From a virus (Duplodnaviria; Heunggongvirae; Uroviricota; Caudoviricetes), in the IMG/VR virus record IMGVR_UViG_3300035208_002606: DNA of 64,000 bases, one strand, 5' to 3'. A model generated the notes under the pieces. That model searched no databases, was not told the DNA's origin, and saw only the letters and a program-made list of their open reading frames with translations. Below, piece after piece: positions 33,362 to 43,264 of this stretch (position 1 is the stretch's first letter; every line of letters starts with the position of its first letter). Position numbers and translations under genes: made by a program.

Positions 33362-35284
33362 TTATCTTTTCCTGACGAACCCTTTAAATGAATTCCACAT
33401 GCTCGTCACATCACCCATATCTTTCATCTTTATTTCATCGTATTGCAACGGAACATCGTCACCCGACTTCAACTCTTCCATATTCTCTTTTTCCAACTGT
33501 TGACGAAAGGCTTCTCTGCCTGTTCGTGCGGAGTTAGCGGCGAGAACCGCCTCCAAATATTGTTGCTCCCTTGTTTTCCCCGTTTCCAACAAAGGAGTAA
33601 TGGCGAGAACATCGTCCATTCGGTTTCTGTCCGACAGCATCCACGAAGCAAATTTCAAAGCCGCCACAAGGTCGAAATGACTCGTACCGTCATATTGGTC
33701 ATGCTTAATATTTTCCTTACCCTTCTTGTCCTCAAACAGCCGCATCTCTTCCAAAAGATAAGGGTCGAAAACTCTGAGGTCGCTTTTGTCCACAAGCGTC
33801 TTGAGATTGTTCTTCAACTCGGCATTGTTACGCCTGTCAGTTTTCATTCCCCACGGAATATATCCCCTCTTCTTTGCCCCTGAGACCGAACGATAAGTCC
33901 TACGCTTCAAGTAGGCTAACATCTTCTCGTTATTCCCCGAAAATTTGTCCACCAAAATCTGCTTGAAGAATTCATTCTTCCTAGAAAACTCATTATTCAT
34001 GACCTCTTCGATAAGGTTCTCGAATCGTACGGAAAAAATCCTGCCAACTTCGTTGATTTCAAAAATCAGGAACCACTTGTCGTTCAGTTGCGTTATCAAA
34101 AACTTAAAAACAAAAGTAAAAAAATCATCGGGCAAAGTCTTGGAGTGCATCCATTGAAAGGCTTGGCGCACGACATATTTGTTAAGGTCTAACTCCGTGT
34201 CAGCATGTTCCTTGTAAACCGACAGCCCCACAACCGTTGAGAAGTTCTCACCCTTACCTTCCGACATATCAATACCAACAAGGAAGGATTGGTCTCCCAC
34301 TTGGTCGTAAATCTTTATTGGCTCCCCTTCCCAACCCTTAGGACTCCATTCCCAAAGCGGAGGTTGCCAAGTCATTCTCGCAATAATATCCTGATTGAAG
34401 AATCGGGCCACACCCGCCTGAATCTCAAATGAGTTGTCGAACTCTTGGGCGAAACGCTCCCGCCCGTTCTTACCGCCTACGGAGAGGTCACGAATCGTCT
34501 GTTCCTTCCACTTCTCGTCCCTGCCGATGCCACGAGGGTCAACATCCCGCCAATTAATTTTCTCCAACAGCCACTTCGGGTCGTAATCGGGGTTCTTCTC
34601 CCCGTTAATCGTCTTCTGTGTCTTGCGCCACAAATCGTAAAATAAATCTTTACCTTGTGGTGTAGATGAAACAATCAAGCCGCCGTCCATCGACTGCATG
34701 ATGGGATAGTTGGAGGTCCAGAACTCGGATTGAACTTCCTGTGTAGGCAACCACGCAAACTCGTCCAAATAGAGAAGCGTCAAAGATTCTGAACGCAATC
34801 CTGACTTGCTCGTGGCGGCGCAGAAAACGATACTGCCGTCTTCCAATTCCAACTCGAATTTGCTGTCGCTGACTGCGGACGAAAGACGAAACATTGCGGG
34901 AAGTTTTTCGTACATCCCCGAAAATCTACGGAAAATCTTACGAGCATTATCCTTCTTGTTTGCAAGGATGCCGACATTAGCGGAGTTCGTGAAGGTGATA
35001 AGCCACAAAATAAAAACAAGAACTAGAGTGGTCTTGGAGGACTGTCGGGGCGAAAGCAGAACGATGAAATGCTTGCGCCAATTGTCCTGAAGGTCTCTCA
35101 GGATTTTTTTCTGCTTGGGGTATATAACCTCTCCGAAGTTTAGCCAACCTTTGCCAGGTTCAGGGTTAAAAATCTTGACGTACTTGACAAACTCTAAAAT
35201 GTCATCGGCACACTTTGCAAAAATCTCCAACTCTTCCTGGGTCAGAGTCGGCAGAGGTGCGCGAGTTACTGTTCTTCCTGCCAT
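33362..35284 (-). CDS. terL: terminase large subunit
   Basis: IVLLSPRQSSKTT Walker A typical of terminase ATPases, LYLDEFAW Walker B, 640 aa. Confidence 0.65.
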   Translation of the reverse strand: MAGRTVTRAPLPTLTQEELEIFAKCADDILEFVKYVKIFNPEPGKGWLNFGEVIYPKQKKILRDLQDNWRKHFIVLLSPRQSSKTTLVLVFILWLITFTNSANVGILANKKDNARKIFRRFSGMYEKLPAMFRLSSAVSDSKFELELEDGSIVFCAATSKSGLRSESLTLLYLDEFAWLPTQEVQSEFWTSNYPIMQSMDGGLIVSSTPQGKDLFYDLWRKTQKTINGEKNPDYDPKWLLEKINWRDVDPRGIGRDEKWKEQTIRDLSVGGKNGRERFAQEFDNSFEIQAGVARFFNQDIIARMTWQPPLWEWSPKGWEGEPIKIYDQVGDQSFLVGIDMSEGKGENFSTVVGLSVYKEHADTELDLNKYVVRQAFQWMHSKTLPDDFFTFVFKFLITQLNDKWFLIFEINEVGRIFSVRFENLIEEVMNNEFSRKNEFFKQILVDKFSGNNEKMLAYLKRRTYRSVSGAKKRGYIPWGMKTDRRNNAELKNNLKTLVDKSDLRVFDPYLLEEMRLFEDKKGKENIKHDQYDGTSHFDLVAALKFASWMLSDRNRMDDVLAITPLLETGKTREQQYLEAVLAANSARTGREAFRQQLEKENMEELKSGDDVPLQYDEIKMKDMGDVTSMWNSFKGFVRKR

Positions 35285-35287
35285 TGT

Positions 35288-35620
35288 TTATTTCCTAGCC
35301 CCTTTCACCAAAGTCAGAATCGATTCCTTCGAGCCTTTGATTTCGTTGGGATTTGTTTGCCCCTGCTCGTCCAATTCCAACAGAGCATTGATTTCATTTT
35401 CGATATCATTGCGAGTCCTGAGCATCGTATTGATTTTATCCAACAAGGACGCAATTCCCGCCAAAGTTTGTCTGCCTTCTACTTTGCCTTTGTTTTCCTT
35501 AAACAATGCACCGAACTCTGAAGTCGTGATGTCATACAACAATGCGGATTTCTCTAAAGTATCATTGATTTCGTCAAGTGTCTTTTTCTTTTCGGCTATC
35601 TTTTCGTCAAGAGTCTTCAT
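35288..35620 (-). CDS. coiled-coil protein
   Basis: 110 aa, heptad-like LDE/LEK repeats. Confidence 0.45.
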   Translation of the reverse strand: MKTLDEKIAEKKKTLDEINDTLEKSALLYDITTSEFGALFKENKGKVEGRQTLAGIASLLDKINTMLRTRNDIENEINALLELDEQGQTNPNEIKGSKESILTLVKGARK

Positions 35621-36096
35621 TATCTCTCCTCATACATATTCTCTATATTGACTTCATGAAAATTTAAACTAGGGTTTTTCTTTTTAGCCAATAAAAACAT
35701 CTTTTTAACAAGTTCATCCACTTCTTCAGTACCTTCTAATTCGTACGACTCTGCCAAATAAAAATCTAGGGACTTCCCAAATCTTTGAACAGCAAGCCCA
35801 TGATAAAGATTCTTTGGATTGACATGCCAATCATATCCCAAATTACTAAACAATCCCCTATCTTGTAAAACGCCTAACAAAGTATCGTGAATCCATTCTG
35901 AATAAACAACCCCTTCTCCATCTTCCTGCCATTTTGCTTCCACATAAAGGTTTCCTTTGGGGTCGATAATTCCACGATTCCCCCTTGACTCATCTTTCCC
36001 ACGAAGTTCCTGAGGGGTCGGATTTATATAGATATAATAAGTCCCGTTACCCTCTTTGAAGGCATCAAGAACTTTTTCTAATATTTTAAACTTCAT
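35620..36096 (-). CDS. hypothetical protein, paralog family A (MKFKILE start)
   Basis: Alignable with 36102-36632 product (NPT.QEL..K..S..NR.IID..G.LYVEAKW..., LAKKKNP). Confidence 0.5.
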   Translation of the reverse strand: MKFKILEKVLDAFKEGNGTYYIYINPTPQELRGKDESRGNRGIIDPKGNLYVEAKWQEDGEGVVYSEWIHDTLLGVLQDRGLFSNLGYDWHVNPKNLYHGLAVQRFGKSLDFYLAESYELEGTEEVDELVKKMFLLAKKKNPSLNFHEVNIENMYEER

Positions 36097-36101
36097 TTAA
36101 T

Positions 36102-36632
36102 CTAAAACTCCCAATGGATTTGATTTTGATGGAATCTTAAAAATGGGTTCTTCTTTTTTGCCAATTTGTATAAAGCGTCAATCTGCTTTTCAACATCTTC
36201 AAAAGATACTCCCTCTATATCAGTATCTTCCCAACCGCCATAAGACTCGCTTAAATAAAAATCAAAAGTATCTCCCTTTCTTTGAATACACACGCCTTCT
36301 TTTAAAGAATTGAAATTGACATGCCATTCATCGGTCATTTTTTCACAAATTCCCAACTTTTGAAGTTCTGTCAATAAGTGTTCGTGAATAATATCAGATT
36401 CGTCAGCAACAGATTTATTTATATTACTGACATAATCGGCCCCCAACCATTTTGCTTCCACATATAAGTCTCCGTGTTTATCGATTATGGCCCGATTCCA
36501 TTTGGAGTCTTCTTTGGATTTTAATTCTTGGGATGTTGGATTTTTGTAAATGAAGTAGTGTCCCTGCTCATTGGCTGTCCAAGGAGTAAAAGTAAAACTG
36601 CTTAACACACTTTCTAAAACTTTAAACTTCAT
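36102..36632 (-). CDS. hypothetical protein, paralog family A (MKFKVLE start)
   Basis: Paralog of 35620-36096. Confidence 0.5.
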   Translation of the reverse strand: MKFKVLESVLSSFTFTPWTANEQGHYFIYKNPTSQELKSKEDSKWNRAIIDKHGDLYVEAKWLGADYVSNINKSVADESDIIHEHLLTELQKLGICEKMTDEWHVNFNSLKEGVCIQRKGDTFDFYLSESYGGWEDTDIEGVSFEDVEKQIDALYKLAKKKNPFLRFHQNQIHWEF

Positions 36633-36970
36633 TTACCTAAGTGATAATCTTCCCAATCGTCCTTCGACCAAAAATCCTGCTCGGTCCATCTCCCAATCGG
36701 GCATTCTCCTATGTCATCAGGACAGACAGTAATATTTCCATCACCATCTTCATAAGACTGTTCTATTTCTTCCTGATTTTTTCCTTTTGAGGGTAAGCCA
36801 TATGTACAAAAATAATCCCCTTTATAAAATTTTCGATATTTACATCCTTCAGCGGCATCTTCCTTAATTGCGAACTCGTCTATATCTCCACCTTCTCCCC
36901 ATTCGCCAGGAAGGTCTACCATATGATTGCCATGATAAATATTTTTTTCCTCTGATATTTTAAATTTCAT
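36629..36970 (-). CDS. hypothetical protein (MKFKISE start)
   Basis: 113 aa ORF, overlap-coupled. Confidence 0.45.
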   Translation of the reverse strand: MKFKISEEKNIYHGNHMVDLPGEWGEGGDIDEFAIKEDAAEGCKYRKFYKGDYFCTYGLPSKGKNQEEIEQSYEDGDGNITVCPDDIGECPIGRWTEQDFWSKDDWEDYHLGK

Positions 36971-36971
36971 T

Positions 36972-37391
36972 TTACACCTTCATAGAAGCCCCCGACTCCT
37001 TGCTTTTTTCATCTTCATCATCATCCTTCTCAGAAGCATCATCTCCACTTTTATCCTCATCCTCTTTATCTTCCTTCGAATCTTTGTCAGCATCTTCACC
37101 CCCTTTTACTTCCGCTCCTTCCTTCTTTCCTTCCTTCTCTCCTCCCTTTTCCATTTTGGCTAGACGGGTATAATAATCAGATATGCCTTCACTTAAATGG
37201 TCTAAAGCAATACGTTTAGCAATATCTTTATTTGTAGTATGTTCCATCTCTACCGCAATACCCATTTCTAATTCTTTTGGGTCTACGTCAGATTCTGATA
37301 TTTTTTTTTCATACGCCTTACCCGCATTAATAAAAACTTTTTCAAAATCAAGGTCTTTTAAATTAAAGGATTCTACTATTTGAAATTTCAT
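36972..37391 (-). CDS. hypothetical protein with highly acidic C-terminal tail (MKFQIVE start)
   Basis: C-terminal D/E/K-rich low-complexity tail. Confidence 0.45.
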   Translation of the reverse strand: MKFQIVESFNLKDLDFEKVFINAGKAYEKKISESDVDPKELEMGIAVEMEHTTNKDIAKRIALDHLSEGISDYYTRLAKMEKGGEKEGKKEGAEVKGGEDADKDSKEDKEDEDKSGDDASEKDDDEDEKSKESGASMKV

Positions 37392-37394
37392 TTT

Positions 37395-37883
37395 TCATTC
37401 TCCTGTATATTTATAAGGCTTATCCCATTCCCCAATATTCACATCCACATACCAACCGACATCAAAATAATCAGTCTGTATATCACTATTATCATGATTA
37501 CCCATATTCATAGCCGGAATTACTTCCGTCAAAAAATCTTTCGCTTCATCAGTAAAATGGTCTTTAAAATGATAAACATTTACTTGAATATATCCCCTCT
37601 TTTTATCATTCTCTATTGCATTCTTTTCTATATCTTGATATCGGGTATTCCATGTAGAAGGAGAATAATTACTCATAAAATCAATTTTACCCTCACGAAC
37701 GGTCAACACAAGGGTAAAATGATGGCGTATACGAAGTGTTCCCTTTACCCCATATTTGTTACAAATTTTTTTTACATTTTCTGCAATTTTCTTTTTTTCT
37801 TCTTGCCCAATATATGCTTCTATCAAAAAATCAAATTCATCTTCCGTTGCGTATTTTTTAACATCTTCTTTTGTTAATTTCAT
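37395..37883 (-). CDS. hypothetical protein
   Basis: Start set at MKLTKED (second Met of track ORF 37395-37916) which carries the MK(F/L) pattern. Confidence 0.4.
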   Translation of the reverse strand: MKLTKEDVKKYATEDEFDFLIEAYIGQEEKKKIAENVKKICNKYGVKGTLRIRHHFTLVLTVREGKIDFMSNYSPSTWNTRYQDIEKNAIENDKKRGYIQVNVYHFKDHFTDEAKDFLTEVIPAMNMGNHDNSDIQTDYFDVGWYVDVNIGEWDKPYKYTGE

Positions 37884-37894
37884 TTTCTCATCTC

Positions 37895-38503
37895 CTATAA
37901 ATATTTGCCCGTCCAACCTTTATGATGGTTTCTTTGTCCCCGAAGAACTTTACATATATTTTCTTTCGTCAAATCGTATTTTTTACAAAAAGGAACATAA
38001 CAAGATAATAAATATTCTTTTCCTTCGGGGGAAATTAAAAGAACAGGTTTTGCTGATGGATTTTTCTCGCCTTTCATTCTTATGCTCATTTCAGGACGAT
38101 TTTTACCATAATATCTATGTTGTTTTCCTTTTTTAAATTCTGTATTTGGTGATAAATGTTTCCCTTGTTTTTTCTCACTCATTACTTTTTTACTTTTATC
38201 AGAAAAACTATAACCATTTATTCCTTCTCCACCATTTGTAAGATTATATCCATTGGGGTGCTTACTATTTTTTTCTTTTATCCATAAAACTTCTAAATAA
38301 TTAATTTTATTAATATCTGAAATATTTTCAACAAGAACACTTCGTTCAAAATTTTCTACTCCGTATTTTTTAATTGCTCGTTTAATATAAATTCCCGACC
38401 CCCAATAGTTTGTCTGTTGGAATTCTTCTTTAGTATCACATTTAGAATATTGTCCTACATAGGGTTTATTATTGATTTTGTTTTTAATTTCGTATATAAT
38501 CAT
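37895..38503 (-). CDS. GIY-YIG homing endonuclease
   Basis: IIYEIKNKINNKPYVGQ ... R ... YNLTNGGEG. Confidence 0.75.
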   Translation of the reverse strand: MIIYEIKNKINNKPYVGQYSKCDTKEEFQQTNYWGSGIYIKRAIKKYGVENFERSVLVENISDINKINYLEVLWIKEKNSKHPNGYNLTNGGEGINGYSFSDKSKKVMSEKKQGKHLSPNTEFKKGKQHRYYGKNRPEMSIRMKGEKNPSAKPVLLISPEGKEYLLSCYVPFCKKYDLTKENICKVLRGQRNHHKGWTGKYL

Positions 38504-39204
38504 CAGAAGTTTCCGAAAGGATTTTGGTCAGGTGTATAAGTATGCAATTCCTCACACTTATCTTCAACTCCACCCGCCACATTTCCTGCATTAGCCGTTC
38601 CATCAGGATTAAGTCCAGGATTCGGTTCCCCAGGAATTGGGTCTTGGGGCAACTGCTGTTCATCAGGCAACCACCCCGGCTCGACAATATCCTTAGCCAC
38701 GGTTTCGTCTTCATTGCCAAGTTGAAATATCTTAGCCGTAATTTTCCAAGTCAGTTTTTTCCCCCAAAAGTTAGCATCCGTATCAACCTTATTCACAACC
38801 TCAAACATCAAGCCGATGTGTTCAATATAAAACAAGTCACCAATCTGCGGGGCATCAACCTTCGTAGTTTCCGTCCAATAAGTTTTTTCAATGATAAGAT
38901 TAACTTCGTCAAGAACCTGAATACCGTACTTTTGGTTCTCAATGACTTCGTCCAAATACTGAAAAACTGCTTTAATGGAAACTGGGCGGCTCCACTTCTT
39001 GTCCCCCTTTTCCAAGAAAATAGGGTCCATGCCAATGGAGGAATCCTGCAATCTGTACCAATTAACATATAGGCCACCCACCTTGTTGAACTCTTGAAGA
39101 TAACTTATGATGGTCTTCGTATCCTGCTTTTCATCCTTATGGAAATAGTCAAAGTCTAACGGCCTTTCCGTGTCGAAAGAATCAGGATGGTCTATGAATG
39201 ACAT
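38503..39204 (-). CDS. hypothetical protein
   Basis: 233 aa ORF. Confidence 0.45.
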   Translation of the reverse strand: MSFIDHPDSFDTERPLDFDYFHKDEKQDTKTIISYLQEFNKVGGLYVNWYRLQDSSIGMDPIFLEKGDKKWSRPVSIKAVFQYLDEVIENQKYGIQVLDEVNLIIEKTYWTETTKVDAPQIGDLFYIEHIGLMFEVVNKVDTDANFWGKKLTWKITAKIFQLGNEDETVAKDIVEPGWLPDEQQLPQDPIPGEPNPGLNPDGTANAGNVAGGVEDKCEELHTYTPDQNPFGNF

Positions 39205-39214
39205 GCTTCACTCC

Positions 39215-39853
39215 TTACATATGGTCATCACACCTACGATATTTTTGTTTTGTTTCATCTAAAAGTTCCTGACCATTATTAAGACAAATCATTTCCGTCA
39301 TAAATAATTGTAAAAAATCCACCGCCGCGGCGATAATTTTTTGTCGCTTGCAATTATCAGTAGTAAAAAAAATTTTTTGTATAATTTTATTAAATCTATT
39401 GGTATTGTGTTCGTGAATGTTATAATATTTACTTGTTAATTCTTCACCAATTAATTGAGCCATTCGTATTTTACAATATTTTGCTCCGCTAAATAAATGG
39501 TCTTGGAAATTTTTATAATCATTAATATCATCAAAATCTAAACCCAATAAAAAATCTACAATAAGTTGAATATAGGAATCACTTTTCATAATAGCAACGG
39601 GTTTTAAAAAATCACCCATAAGATTTACATAATAAGATTGAATATTTTTCATTTTTTTTCTTACTTCTTCATCATCTTTTTCATTTTTTACGTAAGCCGA
39701 TAAATCGTCTACTTTTACTCCTACATTCTTTACTGTTTTTTGTAATGACCCTATCGCTTTTTTAGATTTCCATCCAGGAATAGAGGAAAGAGCAGCAACA
39801 AGAACAGAAGAACCACCTGTAATCAAAGCAACCAATGCAGTTTCGGGCAACAT
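39215..39853 (-). CDS. hypothetical protein with N-terminal TM anchor
   Basis: 212 aa ORF; first gene of minus-strand block. Confidence 0.45.
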   Translation of the reverse strand: MLPETALVALITGGSSVLVAALSSIPGWKSKKAIGSLQKTVKNVGVKVDDLSAYVKNEKDDEEVRKKMKNIQSYYVNLMGDFLKPVAIMKSDSYIQLIVDFLLGLDFDDINDYKNFQDHLFSGAKYCKIRMAQLIGEELTSKYYNIHEHNTNRFNKIIQKIFFTTDNCKRQKIIAAAVDFLQLFMTEMICLNNGQELLDETKQKYRRCDDHM

Positions 39854-40162
39854 CGAAATCCTCCTTTTTAATAAAACACCCTCAATAGTATTTATGGATT
39901 TTATCGCATCTTATGATATAATTAAGGTAGAAGGATAAAATGGCAAAATCACAAACGCTCACCCGCAATATTCAAATAAAACGCACACCCCGCTTATACA
40001 AATACAACGCTAGAATGATACAGAAAGTCAAGCCCAACACGAAAAAGGAATACAGGCGCAAGCACGACAAACAAAACCTGTCCCGAAATTGGGACAAATA
40101 GGGGCCAAATAGGGGTTAAAATCTTGGCAACGAAAATGCTTTCCTATTCATAGGAGGTAAAG

Positions 40163-40810
40163 ATGAAAAAACTTCTTTTAACAATTATTTTAAGTGTGTT
40201 TGCTCTGAGCGGGTGTTCGATGGTATATTCAACTCCGCAATATGGCGAACCTTATGAGGCAGACTTCGCCTATTTGGACAGGTACGAACTAGTGAATTGG
40301 AATGCCGCAGAATATGGGGCCATTCAATATTCCTATTACGATTACGACAGAGTGTTCATCGTCATTTACGGAAATCGTATCTACATCATACCCTACGAAT
40401 ATTTTTACCGTTACATCGAACCGTATTTCAGGGGTCGCATCATTTGGCGTTCGTACGATTACCTAGCAAATTATTGGGGTTATCATTACTACAATAATCT
40501 GTGGAACTATTGGTACTATCGCCATCATCGTCCGCATTGGAGACCGCATCGGGATTGGTACTTCCACCACAAACGCACCAACAGGAACGATAGAATCGTC
40601 ATCCGCAAAAATGAGATTGATGGGCATCGTCCCGTTCGTCCCCCTGTTTACACCCCCAAACCCAATTCGACAAGCGGAGAAAGAAGGGTCTATACCCCAA
40701 GACACAATTCGACAAGCGGAGAGAGAAGGGTTTATACCCCAAATTCTTCCGCTAGAAGCCGTTCATCGTCAGGCACACAAAATAACAGAGCGGTTAGAAA
40801 GAAAAAGTAA
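40163..40810 (+). CDS. lipoprotein, Tyr/Trp/His/Arg-rich with C-terminal tandem repeat
   Basis: Signal peptide plus lipobox LSGC; aromatic-rich core; tandem repeat STSGERRVYTP x2. Confidence 0.55.
   Translation: MKKLLLTIILSVFALSGCSMVYSTPQYGEPYEADFAYLDRYELVNWNAAEYGAIQYSYYDYDRVFIVIYGNRIYIIPYEYFYRYIEPYFRGRIIWRSYDYLANYWGYHYYNNLWNYWYYRHHRPHWRPHRDWYFHHKRTNRNDRIVIRKNEIDGHRPVRPPVYTPKPNSTSGERRVYTPRHNSTSGERRVYTPNSSARSRSSSGTQNNRAVRKKK
40655..40745 (+). repeat. tandem ~45-bp coding repeat inside lipoprotein gene
   Basis: caattcgacaagcggaga(a/g)agaagggt(c/t)tatacccc twice. Confidence 0.6.
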
Positions 40811-40877
40811 AATTCACTACAGAGTATGGTATAATGGAAGCGGAGGCAATCTCCGCTTCTTTTTTAAAGAGCGGGGC

Positions 40878-40906
40878 TTGACAGGTGTGAAAAAGTGTGC
40901 TAAAAT
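40878..40906 (+). promoter_or_regulatory. TTGACA-17-TAAAAT promoter (second TGGTATAAT at 40827-40835)
   Basis: cttgacaggtgtgaaaaagtgtgctaaaat. Confidence 0.45.
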
Positions 40907-40912
40907 GGGGTT

Positions 40913-41164
40913 GTGAACAAAAAGAATAATAAGATGTCCCTGCGCCCGTCCTACAAAATCAAGAGAATCAGCGAGACCAAGTTCGAGGTCTACAACTACG
41001 AAAACGACAGCACCTACACCGTAGAGCGCAAACCCAAGACCTTTAAGTCAGGCAAAACCTACCTGATTTGGCAATGCACCTGTCCTTCCTATCAAAAGTG
41101 GTCATGGAAGACCCATTCCTGCAAGCATCTCGATATGCTGAGAGATACGGGGGATATTAAATAA
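40913..41164 (+). CDS. hypothetical protein
   Basis: 83 aa ORF after promoter 40878-40906. Confidence 0.4.
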   Translation: MNKKNNKMSLRPSYKIKRISETKFEVYNYENDSTYTVERKPKTFKSGKTYLIWQCTCPSYQKWSWKTHSCKHLDMLRDTGDIK

Positions 41165-41174
41165 GGAGAACATA

Positions 41175-41372
41175 ATGATTAGAAAGGTCAAGAGAATCGA
41201 GATTACGAAGTGTTGGGACTGCCCTTTCGCCAACAAGAAGAGTTGCGCCGCCAACTACGAAATTATCCTGAAGAACAAGGAAACCATGCACGAAGATTGC
41301 CCCCTGAAGAGAATGAGTTTTATTATTCAGGAGAAGGAAAATAAAAAGGAGAAAAAGAATGAAAATCGCTAG
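41175..41372 (+). CDS. small Cys-containing protein
   Basis: 65 aa, CWDCPF...CPLK. Confidence 0.35.
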   Translation: MIRKVKRIEITKCWDCPFANKKSCAANYEIILKNKETMHEDCPLKRMSFIIQEKENKKEKKNENR

Positions 41373-42039
41373 TTTCGATGTTGATGCACAGAAAGGATTT
41401 ACGCCTCTCAGTCCTGACGAACTGCCCGTGCAGGGCGGGGATGAAATTGTCGAAGAACTAAACGCTCAGGCAAAACTTGCCGATTATCGTGTGGGGTCGA
41501 AAGACTGCCACCCGCCGAAAGCGTTGTGGACTGCCGATGCGGAGCATCCTCAGTTCAGCCCTGTGGAAAATGGGGGGCCGAATGTTGACATTCATTGGAA
41601 CGCTCATTGCGTTGTCGGCACGAAGGGAAACGAACTGCTTGACGGACTCCCGAAGGTCAGCGAGTATGATTACTTCGTGTTCAAGGGCATTGAGCCTGAC
41701 CTTCATCCTTACGGGGCTTGTTATCACGACATGGAGGAGAAACTTTCCACAGGCGTGATTGAGTGGCTGAAAAGCAGAGAGGTTAAGATTGTAATCGTGG
41801 GTGGTCTCGCTTACGATTACTGCGTCAAGACCACGGCAATTCAGTTGCGAAAGGCGGGATTTATCGTTATCATCAATGGTAATGCCACTCGTGCCATTTC
41901 CCCCGAATCGGAAAAAGAGGCTCTTGCCGAAACGCACCGACTCGGCGTCGGAACGATTTACGGCGGGTCGGAAAATGTTAAGAATTGGCTGAAGTCGATG
42001 GGACATTTTTTTGAAGCGATGGAAGAGTGGAGGGGATAA
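41359..42039 (+). CDS. pncA: nicotinamidase / isochorismatase-family hydrolase
   Basis: DVDAQKGF...GGDEIV...WNAHCVVGTKG...VIVGGLAYDYCVKTTA nicotinamidase pattern. Confidence 0.7.
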   Translation: MKIASFDVDAQKGFTPLSPDELPVQGGDEIVEELNAQAKLADYRVGSKDCHPPKALWTADAEHPQFSPVENGGPNVDIHWNAHCVVGTKGNELLDGLPKVSEYDYFVFKGIEPDLHPYGACYHDMEEKLSTGVIEWLKSREVKIVIVGGLAYDYCVKTTAIQLRKAGFIVIINGNATRAISPESEKEALAETHRLGVGTIYGGSENVKNWLKSMGHFFEAMEEWRG

Positions 42040-43226
42040 TGTATCATATCATCGAAAGCCTACTTGATACGGACACCTATAAATTTTCGATGCAACAAGC
42101 CGTTCTGCATCAGTTCCCTACGGTGAATGTTCGCTACAAGTTCAAGTGCCGTAACAAAGGTGTTAAGTTCACTATGGAACAGTACAGAAAGATTGAACAG
42201 GAAATCAATCACCTTTGCACCCTGCGCTTCTCCGAAGACGAACTGCGTTATCTCGGAAGCATCTATTTTTTCAAGACTGACTTCATCGACTTTCTGCGGA
42301 ATTTTCAGTTGCAAAGAAAATACATTGCCGCTCTGCTGATGGACAATGGTGAATTATGCATTGTTATTGAAGGCCCGTGGCTTCACACGATTCTGTTCGA
42401 GACCCCTGTTCTCGCAATCGTGAATGAGGTCTACTTCGACAACGGACACGGAATACAGGAAATGGTCGCGGGAACAAATAAATTTTTTAAGAAAGTGGAA
42501 ATCGTCCGCAACAATTTCGGCAACAATGCCAACACTTTCCAATTTGCCGACTTCGGCACTCGGCGTAGATACAGCACAGGTTGGCATCGAACCATCGTCC
42601 AAACCTTTGTTGAAAAAATCCCGAACCAATTCATCGGCACTAGCAATGTCCTGTTTGCGAAAATGTTTAACACCAAGCCGATAGGAACGATGGCGCACGA
42701 GTGGATTCAGGCAGGACAGGCCTTGACGGATATCAGGAACAGTCAGAAGTTCATGCTCCAAAAGTGGGCTGACGAATACAGGGGAGACCTTGGAATTGCC
42801 CTGAGCGACACGCTAGGCCTTGATGTATTCCTGCGGGACTTTGACGGCTACTTTGCCAAACTCTTTGACGGCGTTCGACAGGACAGCGGAGACTCCTTTG
42901 AAGCGGGTGATAAAATCATCAAGCATTACGAGAAACTCCGCATCGACCCCCGCACAAAAACCATCGTCTTCAGCGACAGTCTCGACATTCCCACGGCAAT
43001 TTCCCTTTATAACCACTTCAGTTACCGCATCAAGGTGTCCTTCGGCATCGGCACGAACCTGACGAATGACTTGGTACGGGAGCCGCTTAACATCGTTATT
43101 AAAATGACACATTGCAACGGTCAGCCTGTCGCCAAAATTTCTGACAACGAAGGCAAGGGGATGTGCGAGAACGAAACCTACTTGAAGTTCTTGAAGAGTG
43201 TTATTAACAAGCCTCTTGACAGGTAA
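42027..43226 (+). CDS. pncB: nicotinate phosphoribosyltransferase
   Basis: N-terminus IIESLLDTDTYKFSMQQAV closely resembles E. coli PncB; 399 aa. Confidence 0.75.
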   Translation: MEGIMYHIIESLLDTDTYKFSMQQAVLHQFPTVNVRYKFKCRNKGVKFTMEQYRKIEQEINHLCTLRFSEDELRYLGSIYFFKTDFIDFLRNFQLQRKYIAALLMDNGELCIVIEGPWLHTILFETPVLAIVNEVYFDNGHGIQEMVAGTNKFFKKVEIVRNNFGNNANTFQFADFGTRRRYSTGWHRTIVQTFVEKIPNQFIGTSNVLFAKMFNTKPIGTMAHEWIQAGQALTDIRNSQKFMLQKWADEYRGDLGIALSDTLGLDVFLRDFDGYFAKLFDGVRQDSGDSFEAGDKIIKHYEKLRIDPRTKTIVFSDSLDIPTAISLYNHFSYRIKVSFGIGTNLTNDLVREPLNIVIKMTHCNGQPVAKISDNEGKGMCENETYLKFLKSVINKPLDR

Positions 43227-43244
43227 ATTTATTTGTGATATAAT
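43216..43244 (+). promoter_or_regulatory. TTGACA-17-TATAAT promoter
   Basis: ttgacaggtaaatttatttgtgatataat. Confidence 0.55.
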
Positions 43245-43264
43245 ACAGGATAAGGAGTATAAGA

